Shown: piece by piece, positions 34,482-46,405 of the stretch
Position numbering within the stretch: the first letter of the stretch is position 1
How the letters are laid out: each line of letters begins with the position of its first letter
From: an uncultured Planctomycetaceae bacterium
GTDB lineage: Bacteria; Planctomycetota; Planctomycetia; Planctomycetales; Planctomycetaceae
DNA length: 64,000 nt
Direction of reading: 5' to 3'
NCBI GenBank assembly: GCA_963976765.1
Contig: CAXBME010000005.1
Location: forward strand, 62,001-126,000
Notes under the pieces: model-generated
The model's database searches: none
What the model saw: the letters and a program-made list of their open reading frames with translations, nothing else
What the model was told of the DNA's origin: nothing
Position numbers and translations under genes: made by a program

Positions 34482-35720
34482 CTACACGCTGCTTTTCGTA
34501 CGGCGGCGTTTGGGACGTCGCTTTTCCTTCAGCAGTGTGAAGCCAGTTTTCTCGTGGATACGAGTCTGCATGACTTCGAGAATCTGCCGACCAACCGCCG
34601 TCACGACATGAGGGACGACGGAATTGCCAAATTGCCGGTAAGCCTGCGTGTCTGACACCGGCACATCGGCACGAGTCTTGACAAGCTCTTCGTAACCCAT
34701 CAGCCGGGCTGCTTCCACAATAGTCAGGCGACGCGGGTTCTTGCGTTTGCCTCGCGAGATCAGAATCTCCGATCCATCTTTGTAGTAGCGGGCGCTAAGC
34801 GTCCTCGATACGCCATTCGGATCAGCCAGGCCGAAGCCAAATCCGTTGCCTTTGGCGCGATGTTTCTCGGCGTAACGCTGAAGATATTCCCACAGGCGGT
34901 CCGTCAGGATGTACTTTTCGGCCGGAGCTGGTTCGAGGATTGACGCCACCGTTGGTCTGGGGCCCTCGGGCGTTTCCGGGAACCTGAAGTCGGGGCTTTC
35001 GCCAAAGACATCACGGTCGAAACAGACGATGAAAATTCGCTCGCGATGCTGAGGCACGTAGTCAGCGGCGTCAATGATTTTGTGAAATACCGTGTACCCG
35101 AGATCGGTCAGGCTTTTTTCAATGATGGGCCAGGTTCTGCGTTTGTCGTGCGATTTCAGATTTTTCACATTCTCAAGCAGGACGACTGGCGGACGACGTG
35201 CCTCGACGATTTCGCAGATTTTGAAGAAGAGGTTGCCCTGCTTCTGACAGTCAAAGCCGTCGGCCTGACCGAGGCTTCGCTTTTTCGAAACGCCCGCGAT
35301 GGAAAACGGCTGACACGGAAAGCCGGCAGCCAGGACATCGTGCTCGGGAATGCTTGTCGGATCGACTTCGTTGATGTCGCCGATCGGACGGTCGCCGAAC
35401 CATGCTTCGTAGGTTTGAGCGCTGTGCCGGTCCCATTCGGAAGTAAAGACGCAGCGTCCACCGATTTTCTGCAGCCCGAGTCGGAACCCGCCGATGCCCG
35501 CGAACAGGTCAATAAACGTGAACGGTAACGTGTCGGAGGTTGAGGCCCCGGCAACGGCATTGCCGGAATGGAGCATTTGACCCGAGTCGCCGCCTCGCCG
35601 CCTGGACTCCAGCATCGAGAGGATTACCGAGTTGATGTTTTCTCGATCGTCGTGAGCCTGGTCCTCGAGCCACTCCCAAAGATCGTCGGGAATGCTGTGC
35701 AGACTGAACTGGTCTTTCAC
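34482..35720 (-). CDS. dcm: DNA cytosine-5 methyltransferase, Dcm/EcoRII-like
   Basis: FAGIGG, GFPCQ, ENV, TLSARYYKDGSEILI, YRQFGNSV. Confidence 0.9.
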   Translation of the reverse strand: MKDQFSLHSIPDDLWEWLEDQAHDDRENINSVILSMLESRRRGGDSGQMLHSGNAVAGASTSDTLPFTFIDLFAGIGGFRLGLQKIGGRCVFTSEWDRHSAQTYEAWFGDRPIGDINEVDPTSIPEHDVLAAGFPCQPFSIAGVSKKRSLGQADGFDCQKQGNLFFKICEIVEARRPPVVLLENVKNLKSHDKRRTWPIIEKSLTDLGYTVFHKIIDAADYVPQHRERIFIVCFDRDVFGESPDFRFPETPEGPRPTVASILEPAPAEKYILTDRLWEYLQRYAEKHRAKGNGFGFGLADPNGVSRTLSARYYKDGSEILISRGKRKNPRRLTIVEAARLMGYEELVKTRADVPVSDTQAYRQFGNSVVPHVVTAVGRQILEVMQTRIHEKTGFTLLKEKRRPKRRRTKSSV

Positions 35721-36220
35721 CCGGGAACTCCATCAACCTTGCTGAAATTTCTGATCTCGCAACATCGTAGCCGCCCGAATCGTCGACAGACACCAACGTC
35801 GCACCGGACGCATTCCGGAAATATGGTCGATTCTGCGGCCAGACTCTCGATCACCGTTTTCCTTCCTGACTTTTTCCCGTCCTGGGTTTGGGGACGCCGA
35901 AGTTCTGGCCGGTCTTCTGCTGACCAAGCTTTTTCTGCAGATGCCCGAACTTTGTGGCGGGCTTTCGCACTGAGCGTTGCTGTTTTCCGGACATTTTCGC
36001 GTGTACCTCGTCGGTGCTGCGGGATTGACAATCTGGACGAAACGGGGCTGGCTGAGGAATCGCATTTTATCAGGAGTCTGTAAACAGGCCGATAAATCAA
36101 GCGTTCCGCAGTTCCCCACTGAGAATTCTGTTCGATATACTCCCGCGTTACGATCTGACGAGGCCGACTGTCGGTCCGTCGTGTTTTCCCCGATTTTCTC
36201 ACTCTCAGGGTGCTGTTCGG

Positions 36221-36694
36221 ATGCCTGATTCTGATGCTTCTCAGCCGTCGAAAATTCTCATCGCCGACGACAATGAGCAGAACTGCGAACTCCTCGAAGC
36301 CTACCTGGCGAGCGGAGACTACGATATCGCCATGGCCTTTGACGGTCAGGAAACGATCGACAAGGTCGCTGAGTTTCAACCCGACATCATTCTGCTCGAC
36401 ATTATGATGCCTCGTATGAGCGGCTACGAAGTCTGTGAGAAGCTCAAGAACGACACGACAACCGCCGGCATTCCTATTCTGATGGTCACCGCTCTGAACG
36501 AAATGGGCGACATCGAAAAGGCCGTCAATGCTGGTTGCGACGACTTTCTGACAAAACCGGTCAACCGCCTGGAACTGACGACGCGAGTCAAATCGCTGCT
36601 GCGGGTTCGGCATCTGACCAACGAACGCGATCGCCTGCTGGCCTATCTGCAGGAAGTTGATCAGGACGCTTCTCACCCTGACATGGCCGAATGA
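36221..36694 (+). CDS. Response regulator receiver protein
   Basis: ILIADD, LLDIMMP, VTA, KP. Confidence 0.9.
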   Translation: MPDSDASQPSKILIADDNEQNCELLEAYLASGDYDIAMAFDGQETIDKVAEFQPDIILLDIMMPRMSGYEVCEKLKNDTTTAGIPILMVTALNEMGDIEKAVNAGCDDFLTKPVNRLELTTRVKSLLRVRHLTNERDRLLAYLQEVDQDASHPDMAE

Positions 36695-36731
36695 ACAACC
36701 TCTGAGACATGGCCGAATGAACAACCTCTGA
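36680..36731. repeat. Perfect 26-bp tandem duplication
   Basis: GACATGGCCGAATGAACAACCTCTGA x2. Confidence 0.9.
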
Positions 36732-38288
36732 TTACTCGGCAGCTGCTTTTGCGAGGGCGGCGTCGATGCGCGTCAGGACGGTGTTTTTACCGACGATCAC
36801 CAGGCAGTCGTAAACGCCAGGGCCAGCGGGAGAACCGGTCGATGCAATCCGCAGTGCGTTGATCAGCAGACCGGTTCCAATTTCTTTCGAATCGGAGAAC
36901 TGTTGCAACGCGGCTTCGATGGATTCGAGCGTCCAGTCGGACAGCTCGGCAAGGACGGGCCGGAACTCGGTCAGCAACTCAGGGACGTTCCCTTTCGCGA
37001 CGCGTTTCTTGAAAGCTTTGTCGTCGTACTCAATTTCGTCCTTGAAGAAGTAGCCGTACGTCAGGATGTCGCTGGCAACTTTGATTCGGTCGCCGAGCGA
37101 CTCGACGACCTGGCCAACTTTGGTGAGGTCATCGCTGGACGGTTCAGCAGGCAGCAATCCGGCTTTCTGCAGAAACGGCGTGCAGCGTTCGGCTCGTTCA
37201 GTGGTCGAAAGTTCGTTCATCCAGTGAGCCTGGTAGCTCATCAGTTTTTCCGGATCGAACGCCGCGGAAGCTTTAACGACTCGGTTGAGCGAAAAATTCT
37301 CAATCAGAAAATCGAGCGACATGAACTCAGTCGTTTCGTCGAATGACCAACCGGTTCGACCAAGTGAGTTCAGCAAACCAGCCGGCAGGAAACCCGTCTG
37401 CTCGTAGAATTCGACCATCACGGGATTGAGAGCCTCTTCGTCGAGGCCAATCTGCGGCAACACCTGACTCGAAAGGTCAAACAGAATTTTGAACGCCGGA
37501 CTCTTGCGGTACTTGTCGACGTCGCGTTTCGAAATTTTCTTCTTCGTCCCCGGCGCCATCACAAACGGAATGTGTGCGAATGTTGGGACGGATTCGCCGA
37601 GGGCCTCGTAAAGCAAAACCTGGATTGCCGTGTTGGAAAGATGCTCTTCGGCGCGGATGACGTGCGAGATCCTAAGCTGAGCGTCGTCGACGACCGTCGC
37701 GAAGTTGTAAAGCGGCGATCCGTCAGAACGCATGATGTTCGGATCGAACATCAGCGCGGCATCCCATTCAACGTGCCCGCGGATCTCGTCGTTGATCTCG
37801 ATCTTTCGATCCTGCGGCACCTTGAAACGCAGCACCCAGGGATCGCCGTTGTCGAGCTTCTGCTGGATTTCCGCGTCGGTTAGTTCGAGTGACCGTCTCA
37901 TGCCTTCAGGCGGTTTACCATTCTCGCGAGCGGCTTCTTTGTCAGCCTGAACTTCTTCCGACGAGTCGAAGCAGCGGTACGCTTTCCCTTCGGACAGCAG
38001 ACGGTCGGCAGCGGCGGTGTAGAAATCTCCGCGTTGGGACTGGAAGTACGGTCCGTAGTCGCCGCCAACTTCCGGGCCCTCGTCCCACGCCATGTTCAGC
38101 CACCGGAAAGCCTGCAGAATCGGGGCGAGTGCGTCGTCGACGTTCCGCTGCTGGTCGGTGTCGTCAATTCTGAGAATGAACTGACCGCCGTGTTTTTTCG
38201 CGTAAAGCCAGTTAAACAGAGCGGTTCGCATTCCGCCAATGTGCATGTAGCCAGTTGGGCTGGGGGCAAAACGAGTGCGAACTGTCAT
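36732..38288 (-). CDS. gltX: Glutamate--tRNA ligase
   Basis: [25 protein letters not shown]. Confidence 0.96.
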   Translation of the reverse strand: MTVRTRFAPSPTGYMHIGGMRTALFNWLYAKKHGGQFILRIDDTDQQRNVDDALAPILQAFRWLNMAWDEGPEVGGDYGPYFQSQRGDFYTAAADRLLSEGKAYRCFDSSEEVQADKEAARENGKPPEGMRRSLELTDAEIQQKLDNGDPWVLRFKVPQDRKIEINDEIRGHVEWDAALMFDPNIMRSDGSPLYNFATVVDDAQLRISHVIRAEEHLSNTAIQVLLYEALGESVPTFAHIPFVMAPGTKKKISKRDVDKYRKSPAFKILFDLSSQVLPQIGLDEEALNPVMVEFYEQTGFLPAGLLNSLGRTGWSFDETTEFMSLDFLIENFSLNRVVKASAAFDPEKLMSYQAHWMNELSTTERAERCTPFLQKAGLLPAEPSSDDLTKVGQVVESLGDRIKVASDILTYGYFFKDEIEYDDKAFKKRVAKGNVPELLTEFRPVLAELSDWTLESIEAALQQFSDSKEIGTGLLINALRIASTGSPAGPGVYDCLVIVGKNTVLTRIDAALAKAAAE

Positions 38289-38680
38289 GGTGGAGCCGTA
38301 TCTGGAGGTGAACGTCGAGGTTGAATTCGCGAGAATTGTCGCGAAGACGCGGGATAATAGGTAAGGGGTCAGGCAGTCACAATCAGTACGTCGAACCACG
38401 GATTATTGCTCGAATGAAAGTCGGATCAGGCAGGTGGGCGGCGAAGCGATAAAGGTGACTCTCCTTCTAACTCTGCGTTTTTCACCTCTCCGTCCTCTGC
38501 GTTCAAAATGTCATCCTCATCGAACGCGGGCTACCGGGTCGCTTGCGAGTCGTGGCCGTTTCCCGTGAGAATGCCCGCCCGAAAGAAATCAGCCGGTTCT
38601 GGCTGTCCGAATTCTCAATACAGCCGCTTTGCACGACGACTGCGGCGATCCCACCCCAATTCCTGCCTCCAAGGTGCGCC

Positions 38681-39961
38681 ATGAACTCTTCAATACTCCG
38701 CTCCACGCTCGCTCTGGCCACGCTGGTCGTGGCGACAAATCTCTTTGCCGCAAAACCGGGTGACTGGCCTCAGTGGCGAGGTGCCAACGCTGATGGCCTA
38801 TCACAGGAAAAAGGTCTGCTGACCGAATGGCCTGAAGGCGGCCCGAAGGTTGTCTGGGAGATTGACACAATTGGCGACGGTTACTCGTCGCTGGCCGTTG
38901 TTGACGGACGAATCTTCACGATGGGCAACGTTGATGGCGAAGGCCGCATTCTTTGCCTGAAAGAGTCCGACGGCTCAGTCATCTGGTCGGTTCATCCCCC
39001 GGGGGAAACGAAGCTCTACAAGCACGGAAAAGGCGACGGCGGACGTGGAACTCCGACAGTCGACAACGGACTGGTCTACGTCGAAGGCGGAGGCGGAGAC
39101 GTCACCTGTCTGAAAGCCGAAACCGGCGAAGTCGTCTGGTCGAAGCATCTCGTCGAAGATTTTGGCGGTAGCGTTCCCGGCTGGGGTTTCAGCGAAAGTC
39201 CGACAATCGATGGCGACAATGTTATCGTCACGCCCGGAGGTCAAGCCGGAACCGTCGTCGCGCTCAACAAATTGACGGGCGACATCGTGTGGCGAAGCGC
39301 TGGCATTGGCGACAAGGCTCACTACTGCTCGGCGGTCGTTGTCGAATCTCACGGTGTTAAGCAGGTCATCACCTTCACCGGCGGAATCGGTGGCAAGAAA
39401 GATCCCGGAGCAGCACCGCGAGTCATCGGCCTGGACGCTGAAACGGGTGACCTGCTCTGGTCCTACGAAAAGTCAGCCAATCGAACGGCGAATGTTTCCA
39501 CGCCGCTGTTTCACAACAATGCGGTGTTTTCGGCATCGGCTTACGGGACCGGCGGCGGACTGGCTCGACTGGCGAAGTCAGACGACGGGTTCGTGGCGAC
39601 GCCGGATTACTTTGAAACGAAGATCCAGAATCATCACGGCGGAATGGTGCTGGTCGACGGGTTCATTTACGGAACCGGCAGCAACACGCTGATCTGCATG
39701 AACTTTGAAACCGGCGAGATTGTCTGGCAGGATCGCAGCGCCGGAAAGGGGGCCGTGACCTACGCGGATGGGCACATTTACCTATATGGCGAAAAGAACA
39801 AAGTGGCTCTGGTTGAAGCCAACCCAAAGGAATATGTCGAAAAAGGCATGTTTGACGTGGAGAAGAGAGAATTCCCGACGTGGGCTCATCCTGTCGTCGC
39901 GAATGGACGACTCTATCTGCGAGACATGGAAAAACTCACCGCTTACGACATTAAGAAGTAG
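38681..39961 (+). CDS. PQQ-like beta-propeller protein
   Basis: Signal peptide, DWPQWRG, repeated G..VW motifs. Confidence 0.88.
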   Translation: MNSSILRSTLALATLVVATNLFAAKPGDWPQWRGANADGLSQEKGLLTEWPEGGPKVVWEIDTIGDGYSSLAVVDGRIFTMGNVDGEGRILCLKESDGSVIWSVHPPGETKLYKHGKGDGGRGTPTVDNGLVYVEGGGGDVTCLKAETGEVVWSKHLVEDFGGSVPGWGFSESPTIDGDNVIVTPGGQAGTVVALNKLTGDIVWRSAGIGDKAHYCSAVVVESHGVKQVITFTGGIGGKKDPGAAPRVIGLDAETGDLLWSYEKSANRTANVSTPLFHNNAVFSASAYGTGGGLARLAKSDDGFVATPDYFETKIQNHHGGMVLVDGFIYGTGSNTLICMNFETGEIVWQDRSAGKGAVTYADGHIYLYGEKNKVALVEANPKEYVEKGMFDVEKREFPTWAHPVVANGRLYLRDMEKLTAYDIKK

Positions 39962-40038
39962 GTCAGGCTCCGTCTGGCGGAACATCACAACGACGAACGT
40001 AACAACGACCGCGGCCGTGCCGCTCTACAGGAATTGAA

Positions 40039-41721
40039 ATGTCCGAACCACTTAACAAGTACAGTTCAAAAATCACGCAGCCGAGATCGCAGGGGGCGTC
40101 ACAGGCCATGCTCTACGCGACGGGCATGACCGACGCCGATATGAAGAAGGCTCAGGTCGGAATTGCCTCCGTCTGGTATGAAGGCAACTCGTGCAATATG
40201 CACCTGCTGGATCTGGCCGGACGAGTCAAAGAAGGCGTCGAGAAAGTCGACCTGTTCGGAATGCGGTTCAACACGATCGGCGTCAGCGACGGCATCTCGA
40301 TGGGCACTGACGGGATGAGCTACTCGCTGCAATCCCGCGACCTGATTGCCGACTCAATCGAAACTGTCATGGGCGGGCAGTGGTACGACGGCCTGATCAC
40401 GATCCCCGGCTGTGACAAAAACATGCCCGGCTGTGTGATGGCGATGGCTCGTGTGAACCGTCCGGCAATTATGGTCTACGGCGGTTCGATCCGAGCGGGC
40501 TGTTCAGACCGGCATCCGAAACTCGATATCGTGTCGGCATTCCAGTCGTACGGTCAGTACATCGGCGGCTCGATCGACGATGAAGAGCGGCAGGAAATCG
40601 TCCGCAACAGTTGTCCGGGGCCTGGGGCCTGCGGCGGGATGTACACGGCCAACACAATGTCGTCAGCCATTGAAACGCTGGGCATGTCGCTACCGTACAG
40701 CTCGTCAATTCCGGCCGACGATCCACTGAAGCACGGCGAATGTCTGGCCGCTGGCGAAGCGATCAAGCATCTGCTCGAAATTGATCTGAAGCCGCGAGAC
40801 ATTATGACTCGCGAAGCGTTCGAAAATGCGATGGTCATCATTATGGCTCTCGGCGGCTCGACCAACGCCGTTCTACACTTGATCGCGATGTCGCGAGCCG
40901 TTGACGTGAACCTGACGATCGACGACTTTCAGGCAGTCAGCGACCGAATTCCGTACATTGCCGACCTCAAGCCGAGCGGCAAGTACGTGATGGAAGACCT
41001 GCACAACATTGGCGGCATTCCGGCCGTGCAGAAGTATCTGTTGGAGAAGGGGTTGCTCAACGGTGACTGCATGACGGTGACCGGTAAAACGATGGCCGAA
41101 AACCTTGCGACTCTTGATGGACTCGCCGAAGGTCAGGACATCATTCATCCCGTTGAAAAGCCGCTCAAAGCGTCCGGTCACATCCGCATCATGAAGGGCA
41201 ACTTCTGCCCGGACGGAGCCGTTGCCAAGATCACCGGTAAGGAAGGTCTCCAGTTTTCTGGCCCGGCTCGGTGCTTCGATTCTGAAGAAGACATGCTCAA
41301 GGGCCTGGAAGACAAACAAATCCAGAAGGGCGATGTCATCATCATCCGGTATGAAGGCCCGAAGGGCGGACCAGGCATGCCGGAAATGCTGACGCCGACT
41401 TCAGCCATTTGCGGATACGGTCTGGAAAAAGACGTCGCGTTGATTACGGACGGACGATTCTCCGGCGGCTCGCACGGCTTCATCGTCGGACATGTCACGC
41501 CGGAAGCTCAGGAAGGCGGCCCGATCGGTCTGGTCCAGAACGGCGATACAATCACGATTGACGCTGAGGCCAATGCGATCACCGTCGATGTTTCCGACGA
41601 AGAAATGCAGAAACGCCGGGAAGCCTGGACGGCCCCACCGTTCAAGGCGACTCGCGGAACGCTTTACCGATACGTCAAGACGGTGAAGTCTGCATCCGAA
41701 GGCTGCGTGACAGACGAGTAG
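40039..41721 (+). CDS. ilvD: Dihydroxy-acid dehydratase
   Basis: [26 protein letters not shown]. Confidence 0.97.
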   Translation: MSEPLNKYSSKITQPRSQGASQAMLYATGMTDADMKKAQVGIASVWYEGNSCNMHLLDLAGRVKEGVEKVDLFGMRFNTIGVSDGISMGTDGMSYSLQSRDLIADSIETVMGGQWYDGLITIPGCDKNMPGCVMAMARVNRPAIMVYGGSIRAGCSDRHPKLDIVSAFQSYGQYIGGSIDDEERQEIVRNSCPGPGACGGMYTANTMSSAIETLGMSLPYSSSIPADDPLKHGECLAAGEAIKHLLEIDLKPRDIMTREAFENAMVIIMALGGSTNAVLHLIAMSRAVDVNLTIDDFQAVSDRIPYIADLKPSGKYVMEDLHNIGGIPAVQKYLLEKGLLNGDCMTVTGKTMAENLATLDGLAEGQDIIHPVEKPLKASGHIRIMKGNFCPDGAVAKITGKEGLQFSGPARCFDSEEDMLKGLEDKQIQKGDVIIIRYEGPKGGPGMPEMLTPTSAICGYGLEKDVALITDGRFSGGSHGFIVGHVTPEAQEGGPIGLVQNGDTITIDAEANAITVDVSDEEMQKRREAWTAPPFKATRGTLYRYVKTVKSASEGCVTDE

Positions 41722-41968
41722 GTTCGCTAAAAATTGAGTCGCGGAGATAGAGAGGTGACAAACGCTGAGGACAGGGAGAATCGATCGGCTCTCTGTTTCC
41801 TCAGCGAATATTCTCTGAGAACTCGGTGATGAAAACTTCGAACAGCTTCAGAATAGCCCCGGTGACCATCTGGCCGCCGGGGTTTTCCCGTTGAACGAAG
41901 CGAGCGAAAGGCGATTGCTCTCCGGGGCTTGAACAGATTAACTGTTGGTTGCTGACCGCGCTGCCGCT

Positions 41969-43309
41969 TTAGGTCTGTGAGTCTGACGGTTGTTCCGAAT
42001 TGTCGTCGCGGATCGACCGGGGTGACATTCGGATGCGGCGGGCACGGTCGTCTCGAACCTCGATCACTTCTGCCGTCCATTCACCAAGGTCGAGGCGGTC
42101 GCCGACGGTCAGAATTCGCTGAGCCTTGTGGACCAGCAGGCCGGCAAAAGTGTCGATTTCTGCATCCGGTACCGTCAGGTTGAATTTCTCGCACGCTTCT
42201 TCGAGCGGTGTACGGCCTCGAAGAATGAACTGGTCGGGGCCACTGGGAACGATGTGTGGATCGTCGTTGTCGAACTCGTCGTCGACGTCTCCGATGATTT
42301 CTTCGAGAACATTCTCCAGTGTAACGATGCCGATGATCGTGCCGTATTCGTCGATTACGAATGCCAGAAGCTGGTGTGTGGCCTGGAAGTGCTTCAGCAG
42401 TTTGCTGATGGCCATGTTTTCCGGCACTTTCTGGACGGGCCGCATGATCGATTTCCAGTCAAAGTCGTCCTTGACCTCGAAGCCGATCAAATCTTTCATG
42501 TGGACGACACCGAGTACTTCGTCCAGCGAGTCATTACACACCGGATAGCGAGTGTGTTTTGTGCGACGGGCCATCTCCACACAGCTCGGCGGCGAATCAT
42601 TGATGTCGAAAAACTCGACGTCATTTCGTGGTACCATGATCCGACGACAGATCATGTCGTCAAAACGAAAGACTGCTTCAATCAGCGAGTGCTCGGATCG
42701 CGAGAGGTGACCGTGCTGGTGAGAAGCGGCGAGCAGCGTTTGAAGCTCTGTTTCGGTGTGAATGGTGTCATGGCCTTCGCCTCCTTCGAGGCCGAGTCTC
42801 GCCAGGATGACCGAAGTGACCCAGTTGAGCGCGGCCATCAGCGGCCAGGCGCAGATGTAGAAGATCTTCATCGGCAGAGCACACCACAGCAGCATGTCTT
42901 CTGCCCGACGAATCGCGAAAATTTTGGGGGCCTGTTCGCCGACGACCAGGTGCAATGCTGTGATGATCGTAAAAGCAAAAATCACTGACAGGGTATGAGC
43001 GGCAGCAGCGGGAATGCTGATCAAGTGGAAGACGGGACTCAGTAGTTCTTCGAAGACCGGTTCGCCGACCCAACCGATCGCCAGCGAGGCCATCGTGATG
43101 CCAAGCTGGCAGGCCGACAGAGACTGCTCCATACGATCGACCAGCCATCTGGCTGATTTGGCAAACGGCCGCCCTGCCTCAATGAATTCGTCAATTCGAC
43201 TGGGACGAACTTTGACCAAAGCGAACTCGGCAGCGACAAAAAATCCGTTCAGCGCCACCAGAATCAAGGCGATTCCGATCTCGATCACGTCACTCACCCA
43301 AAGGGGCAT
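41969..43309 (-). CDS. Hemolysin/CorC-family CNNM-CBS protein
   Basis: NGFFVAAEFA, CQLGIT, GEQAPK, CBS pair, C-terminal CorC domain. Confidence 0.92.
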   Translation of the reverse strand: MPLWVSDVIEIGIALILVALNGFFVAAEFALVKVRPSRIDEFIEAGRPFAKSARWLVDRMEQSLSACQLGITMASLAIGWVGEPVFEELLSPVFHLISIPAAAAHTLSVIFAFTIITALHLVVGEQAPKIFAIRRAEDMLLWCALPMKIFYICAWPLMAALNWVTSVILARLGLEGGEGHDTIHTETELQTLLAASHQHGHLSRSEHSLIEAVFRFDDMICRRIMVPRNDVEFFDINDSPPSCVEMARRTKHTRYPVCNDSLDEVLGVVHMKDLIGFEVKDDFDWKSIMRPVQKVPENMAISKLLKHFQATHQLLAFVIDEYGTIIGIVTLENVLEEIIGDVDDEFDNDDPHIVPSGPDQFILRGRTPLEEACEKFNLTVPDAEIDTFAGLLVHKAQRILTVGDRLDLGEWTAEVIEVRDDRARRIRMSPRSIRDDNSEQPSDSQT

Positions 43310-43450
43310 CTTGCTACCTTCATTTTGAATTAAGAGGGCGTTCCGAGTGTCGTGCATCGGCTGTGAGGGAAAGACCGACCGGCCTGCAGACTGACAAAAA
43401 GTGGGGACGTCGTTTTACTCGCGAACATCATTGGTCGCCGATTGCTAATG

Positions 43451-44524
43451 TCAAGCTTTGTCAGGCTCCACCACCATCACGTTTGTGGCAAGCTCGTCGA
43501 GAACGCTTTCTTCGAATCCATCATCCAGCCTCCTTTGCTTACGTAAAGCTTCGGGTTTTGTGCCTTTCGGCAACTTACCAATATGACAGACCGGTTCTCC
43601 CGGACTGACGGCGGGCAAGGTGACCATTCCCAGAACGATGCCGTTAAAGGGCGAAACAAGCTGGTTGGGGTCGCGGCCAAGCAGGTTTGTGTTTGTCGCC
43701 AGGGGCTGGCCCTTCTCGACCACTTCGCCTGGCTGCACATGGAATTGGAGGAACCCGCCATATTCGGCACGCACCCAACTGGTCCGGTCGAGGACGACCT
43801 GATAGTCAGGCCGTTCAGGTTCGCCATCGAGCATATCCAGTTCACGCAAAACGTTTTTGATACCTTTGACGGTGGTGTCGACGATGCTCGGTTCCACTTT
43901 CCAGACTTCGCCGCCTTCAAGGATGATCGTCGGGCAACCTGCTCGACAGGCTTCCCGTCTGAACGCTCCCTGAGGCCCCTTGCCATTGATGATCGCTTCG
44001 CAACCGAACGCTTCCGCAATGCGGCGAGCTTCCGGTTCACTCATGTCAGCGCGAACGTTGGGATAATTCGTGCGTCGAACGGCTGCGGTGTGAAGATCGA
44101 TTCCGTAGTCCGCTCGCATGACGATTTCATCGAACAGTGTCCGGGCCATCCGACCTGCAAGCGTCCCCGTTTTCGTGCCAGGAAAGCAACGATTCAGGTC
44201 ACGTCGGTCAGGCAGATAGCGTGAATGCCGATCGAAGGCGAGGATATTCAGCACCGGCACGAGAATCACAGCGCCACGCAGAAGTTGAAATGTTCCATCC
44301 TGGGCAAGCATACGCACAGCGCCGGTGCCGTTGATTTCGTCGCCGTGCAACGCCGCAGTGACGAAGACGACTGGTCCGGGCTCCACGGCCCGTTGAATGC
44401 GCAGTGGGATCTCGACATTCATTCCTGAGTAGCTCTCGCTGACCGCCAGTGTCACATCACGAGATTCTCCAGGAGCGATCGGTTCTCCGTTCCATTGATC
44501 GATTGGTTTGAGTTCCCTGACCAT
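43451..44524 (-). CDS. Succinylglutamate desuccinylase/aspartoacylase family
   Basis: HGDEING, DLNR.FPG, IDLH. Confidence 0.9.
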   Translation of the reverse strand: MVRELKPIDQWNGEPIAPGESRDVTLAVSESYSGMNVEIPLRIQRAVEPGPVVFVTAALHGDEINGTGAVRMLAQDGTFQLLRGAVILVPVLNILAFDRHSRYLPDRRDLNRCFPGTKTGTLAGRMARTLFDEIVMRADYGIDLHTAAVRRTNYPNVRADMSEPEARRIAEAFGCEAIINGKGPQGAFRREACRAGCPTIILEGGEVWKVEPSIVDTTVKGIKNVLRELDMLDGEPERPDYQVVLDRTSWVRAEYGGFLQFHVQPGEVVEKGQPLATNTNLLGRDPNQLVSPFNGIVLGMVTLPAVSPGEPVCHIGKLPKGTKPEALRKQRRLDDGFEESVLDELATNVMVVEPDKA

Positions 44525-44603
44525 TTCCTGTTTCCAGCCGAAAGCCGGCGATTAACGATGACGTGCAGTGAAGAGACGGGATTGATCGTCGCTCCCGGAG
44601 CGA

Positions 44604-45815
44604 TCAGCCAGCGGAGGACTCGTCTCCGGCGGTGTCCTGATGAGGTAGCTCCTGAACATCGGGCTGACGCTGAGTGCGAATCTTCTTAGGGACCATTGCC
44701 CTCATAGATTCAAGTTTGCCGAAGCAAAGCAGGCGATCGCCAGGCTCCAGCTTACGATCTGATCGCGGATTCGGGATGACCATCGTGGCTCGATTCAAGG
44801 TCAGGGCATTGACATCTTTCTCGCGCAACCCTGACTCGGCAATCGTTCGGCCGACGTATTCCGAACCTTCCGGAACGTGGATCTCTGTGACGCCGTAGCC
44901 TTTGCTGACGGTCAGCCTCTGGCGCAGATCGATCTCCGGAAAGTCCACCTGAGCGGCAATGAAATCGATAATGGCCCCGGCAATGTCGAGCTGCGTGCAG
45001 GATTCGATCCCTTCCAGGCCAGGCGACGAATTGACTTCCATGATCTGGGGCCCGGTTTTGCTCTCAAGCATGTCGACGCCGGCGACCCGGAGTCCCATGA
45101 TCTGCGCGGCGCGGACGGCCGCTTCGCGATACTGGTCATCTAATTCGACGAGTTCCGTCCTCCCGCCGCGATGAACATTGCTGCGGAATTCCTGCCCCTG
45201 AGCAACACGACGCATGGCGGCGATGACCTGGTCGCCGACAACGAACGCCCGCACATCCCGCCCCTTACTTTCGGCCACGAATTTCTGAATCAGCACGTTC
45301 TGCTTGGTGCTCTGCAATGTTTCGATGATCGCTTCGGCCATTTTTACCGATTCCGCCAGAATCACACCGACTCCCTGAGTCCCTTCCAGCAGTTTGATAA
45401 TGACCGGTGCACCGCCAACTCGTTCAATCGCTGGCAAAACGTCTTTCTTGTCTTTGACGAATGTCGTCCTCGGAATTCCGATGTTGTGACGGCTGAGAAT
45501 CTGCAGACTTCGCAGCTTGTCCCGCGAGTTCGAAATTCCTCCAGACGAGTTCGCGCAGAAGACGTCCATTTGCTCGAACTGCCGAACGACGGCTGTCCCG
45601 AAGTAGGTGATTGATGCTCCAATTCTCGGCAGCACGGCGTCGTAGGATGAGAGCTGTTTTGATCGGAAGTAGAGGTCGGGATCCGCCTTGTCGAGATCGA
45701 TGGCGAACTTCAGCGTGTTCAATACTTTAACTTTATGCCCTCTTTGAACGGCGGCCTCACGGAGCCGACGGGTGCTGTAACAATTCGTGCTGCAGGAAAG
45801 GATGCCAAGCTTCAT
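44604..45815 (-). CDS. rimK: RimK alpha-L-glutamate ligase with C-terminal TrkA-C domain
   Basis: ATP-grasp FRSNVHRGG, EVNSSPGLEGIE. Confidence 0.93.
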   Translation of the reverse strand: MKLGILSCSTNCYSTRRLREAAVQRGHKVKVLNTLKFAIDLDKADPDLYFRSKQLSSYDAVLPRIGASITYFGTAVVRQFEQMDVFCANSSGGISNSRDKLRSLQILSRHNIGIPRTTFVKDKKDVLPAIERVGGAPVIIKLLEGTQGVGVILAESVKMAEAIIETLQSTKQNVLIQKFVAESKGRDVRAFVVGDQVIAAMRRVAQGQEFRSNVHRGGRTELVELDDQYREAAVRAAQIMGLRVAGVDMLESKTGPQIMEVNSSPGLEGIESCTQLDIAGAIIDFIAAQVDFPEIDLRQRLTVSKGYGVTEIHVPEGSEYVGRTIAESGLREKDVNALTLNRATMVIPNPRSDRKLEPGDRLLCFGKLESMRAMVPKKIRTQRQPDVQELPHQDTAGDESSAG

Positions 45816-45898
45816 CGGTTATTCTTTCGTTCAGGAGATTGCTCGTTTGACGATCAGGTTTGCGTACCAATGAACGGCTCAACGATATTTTTCCGCGG

Positions 45899-46405
45899 CT
45901 ACTCTTCTTCGCCGCTGCGTCGTGACTTTTTCGTCACGCTCTTTTTCTTCACCTTCCGCTTTGGCTCGCCGCCATAGAACGAAATTCCGGCATCGACCAG
46001 AAATCGCCCGCGAACAGCTTCACGGCCGAGCAACATGCGGAATCCCATTTCGTCACGATTTGCCAGCGTCAATTCAATCGGCCACGCTTCGCCGAGCACT
46101 TCCACTGTCGTCACGATGACGATCCGCTTCTGCTCATGCCCCGAGGAGCTCTTGATTCGCCGGACTTCGAGGACTTCGGCTTCGCATGTGACGGTTTTCT
46201 TTGAGTTTCGCTGAATCGGATGCACTTTGAATCGGGCATACGTTCTGCCGTCGCGATCGAATGTGGAAACGTCAAACGCGTGCAGCGACGAAGATCGGGC
46301 TCCGGTATCAATTTTGGCTTTAATGCGGCGAATTTTGAGGTCCGGCAATCCGACCCATTCACGCCAGCCGATGACCAGCGACATCGTCTTCGATTTCTGA
46401 CTCAA
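45899..46405 (-). CDS. RimB-like retropepsin-type protease
   Basis: IGWREW, KIDTGA, MLLGR; upstream of rimK. Confidence 0.88.
   Translation of the reverse strand: MSQKSKTMSLVIGWREWVGLPDLKIRRIKAKIDTGARSSSLHAFDVSTFDRDGRTYARFKVHPIQRNSKKTVTCEAEVLEVRRIKSSSGHEQKRIVIVTTVEVLGEAWPIELTLANRDEMGFRMLLGREAVRGRFLVDAGISFYGGEPKRKVKKKSVTKKSRRSGEEE

Noticed and set aside
35717..36724. 335-aa minus-strand ORF upstream of dcm
   Set aside because: Largely antisense to a clear response regulator
43451..46405. rimB-like/rimK/desuccinylase cluster as part of the translation-rescue system
   Set aside because: Common conserved cluster lying outside the inferred island
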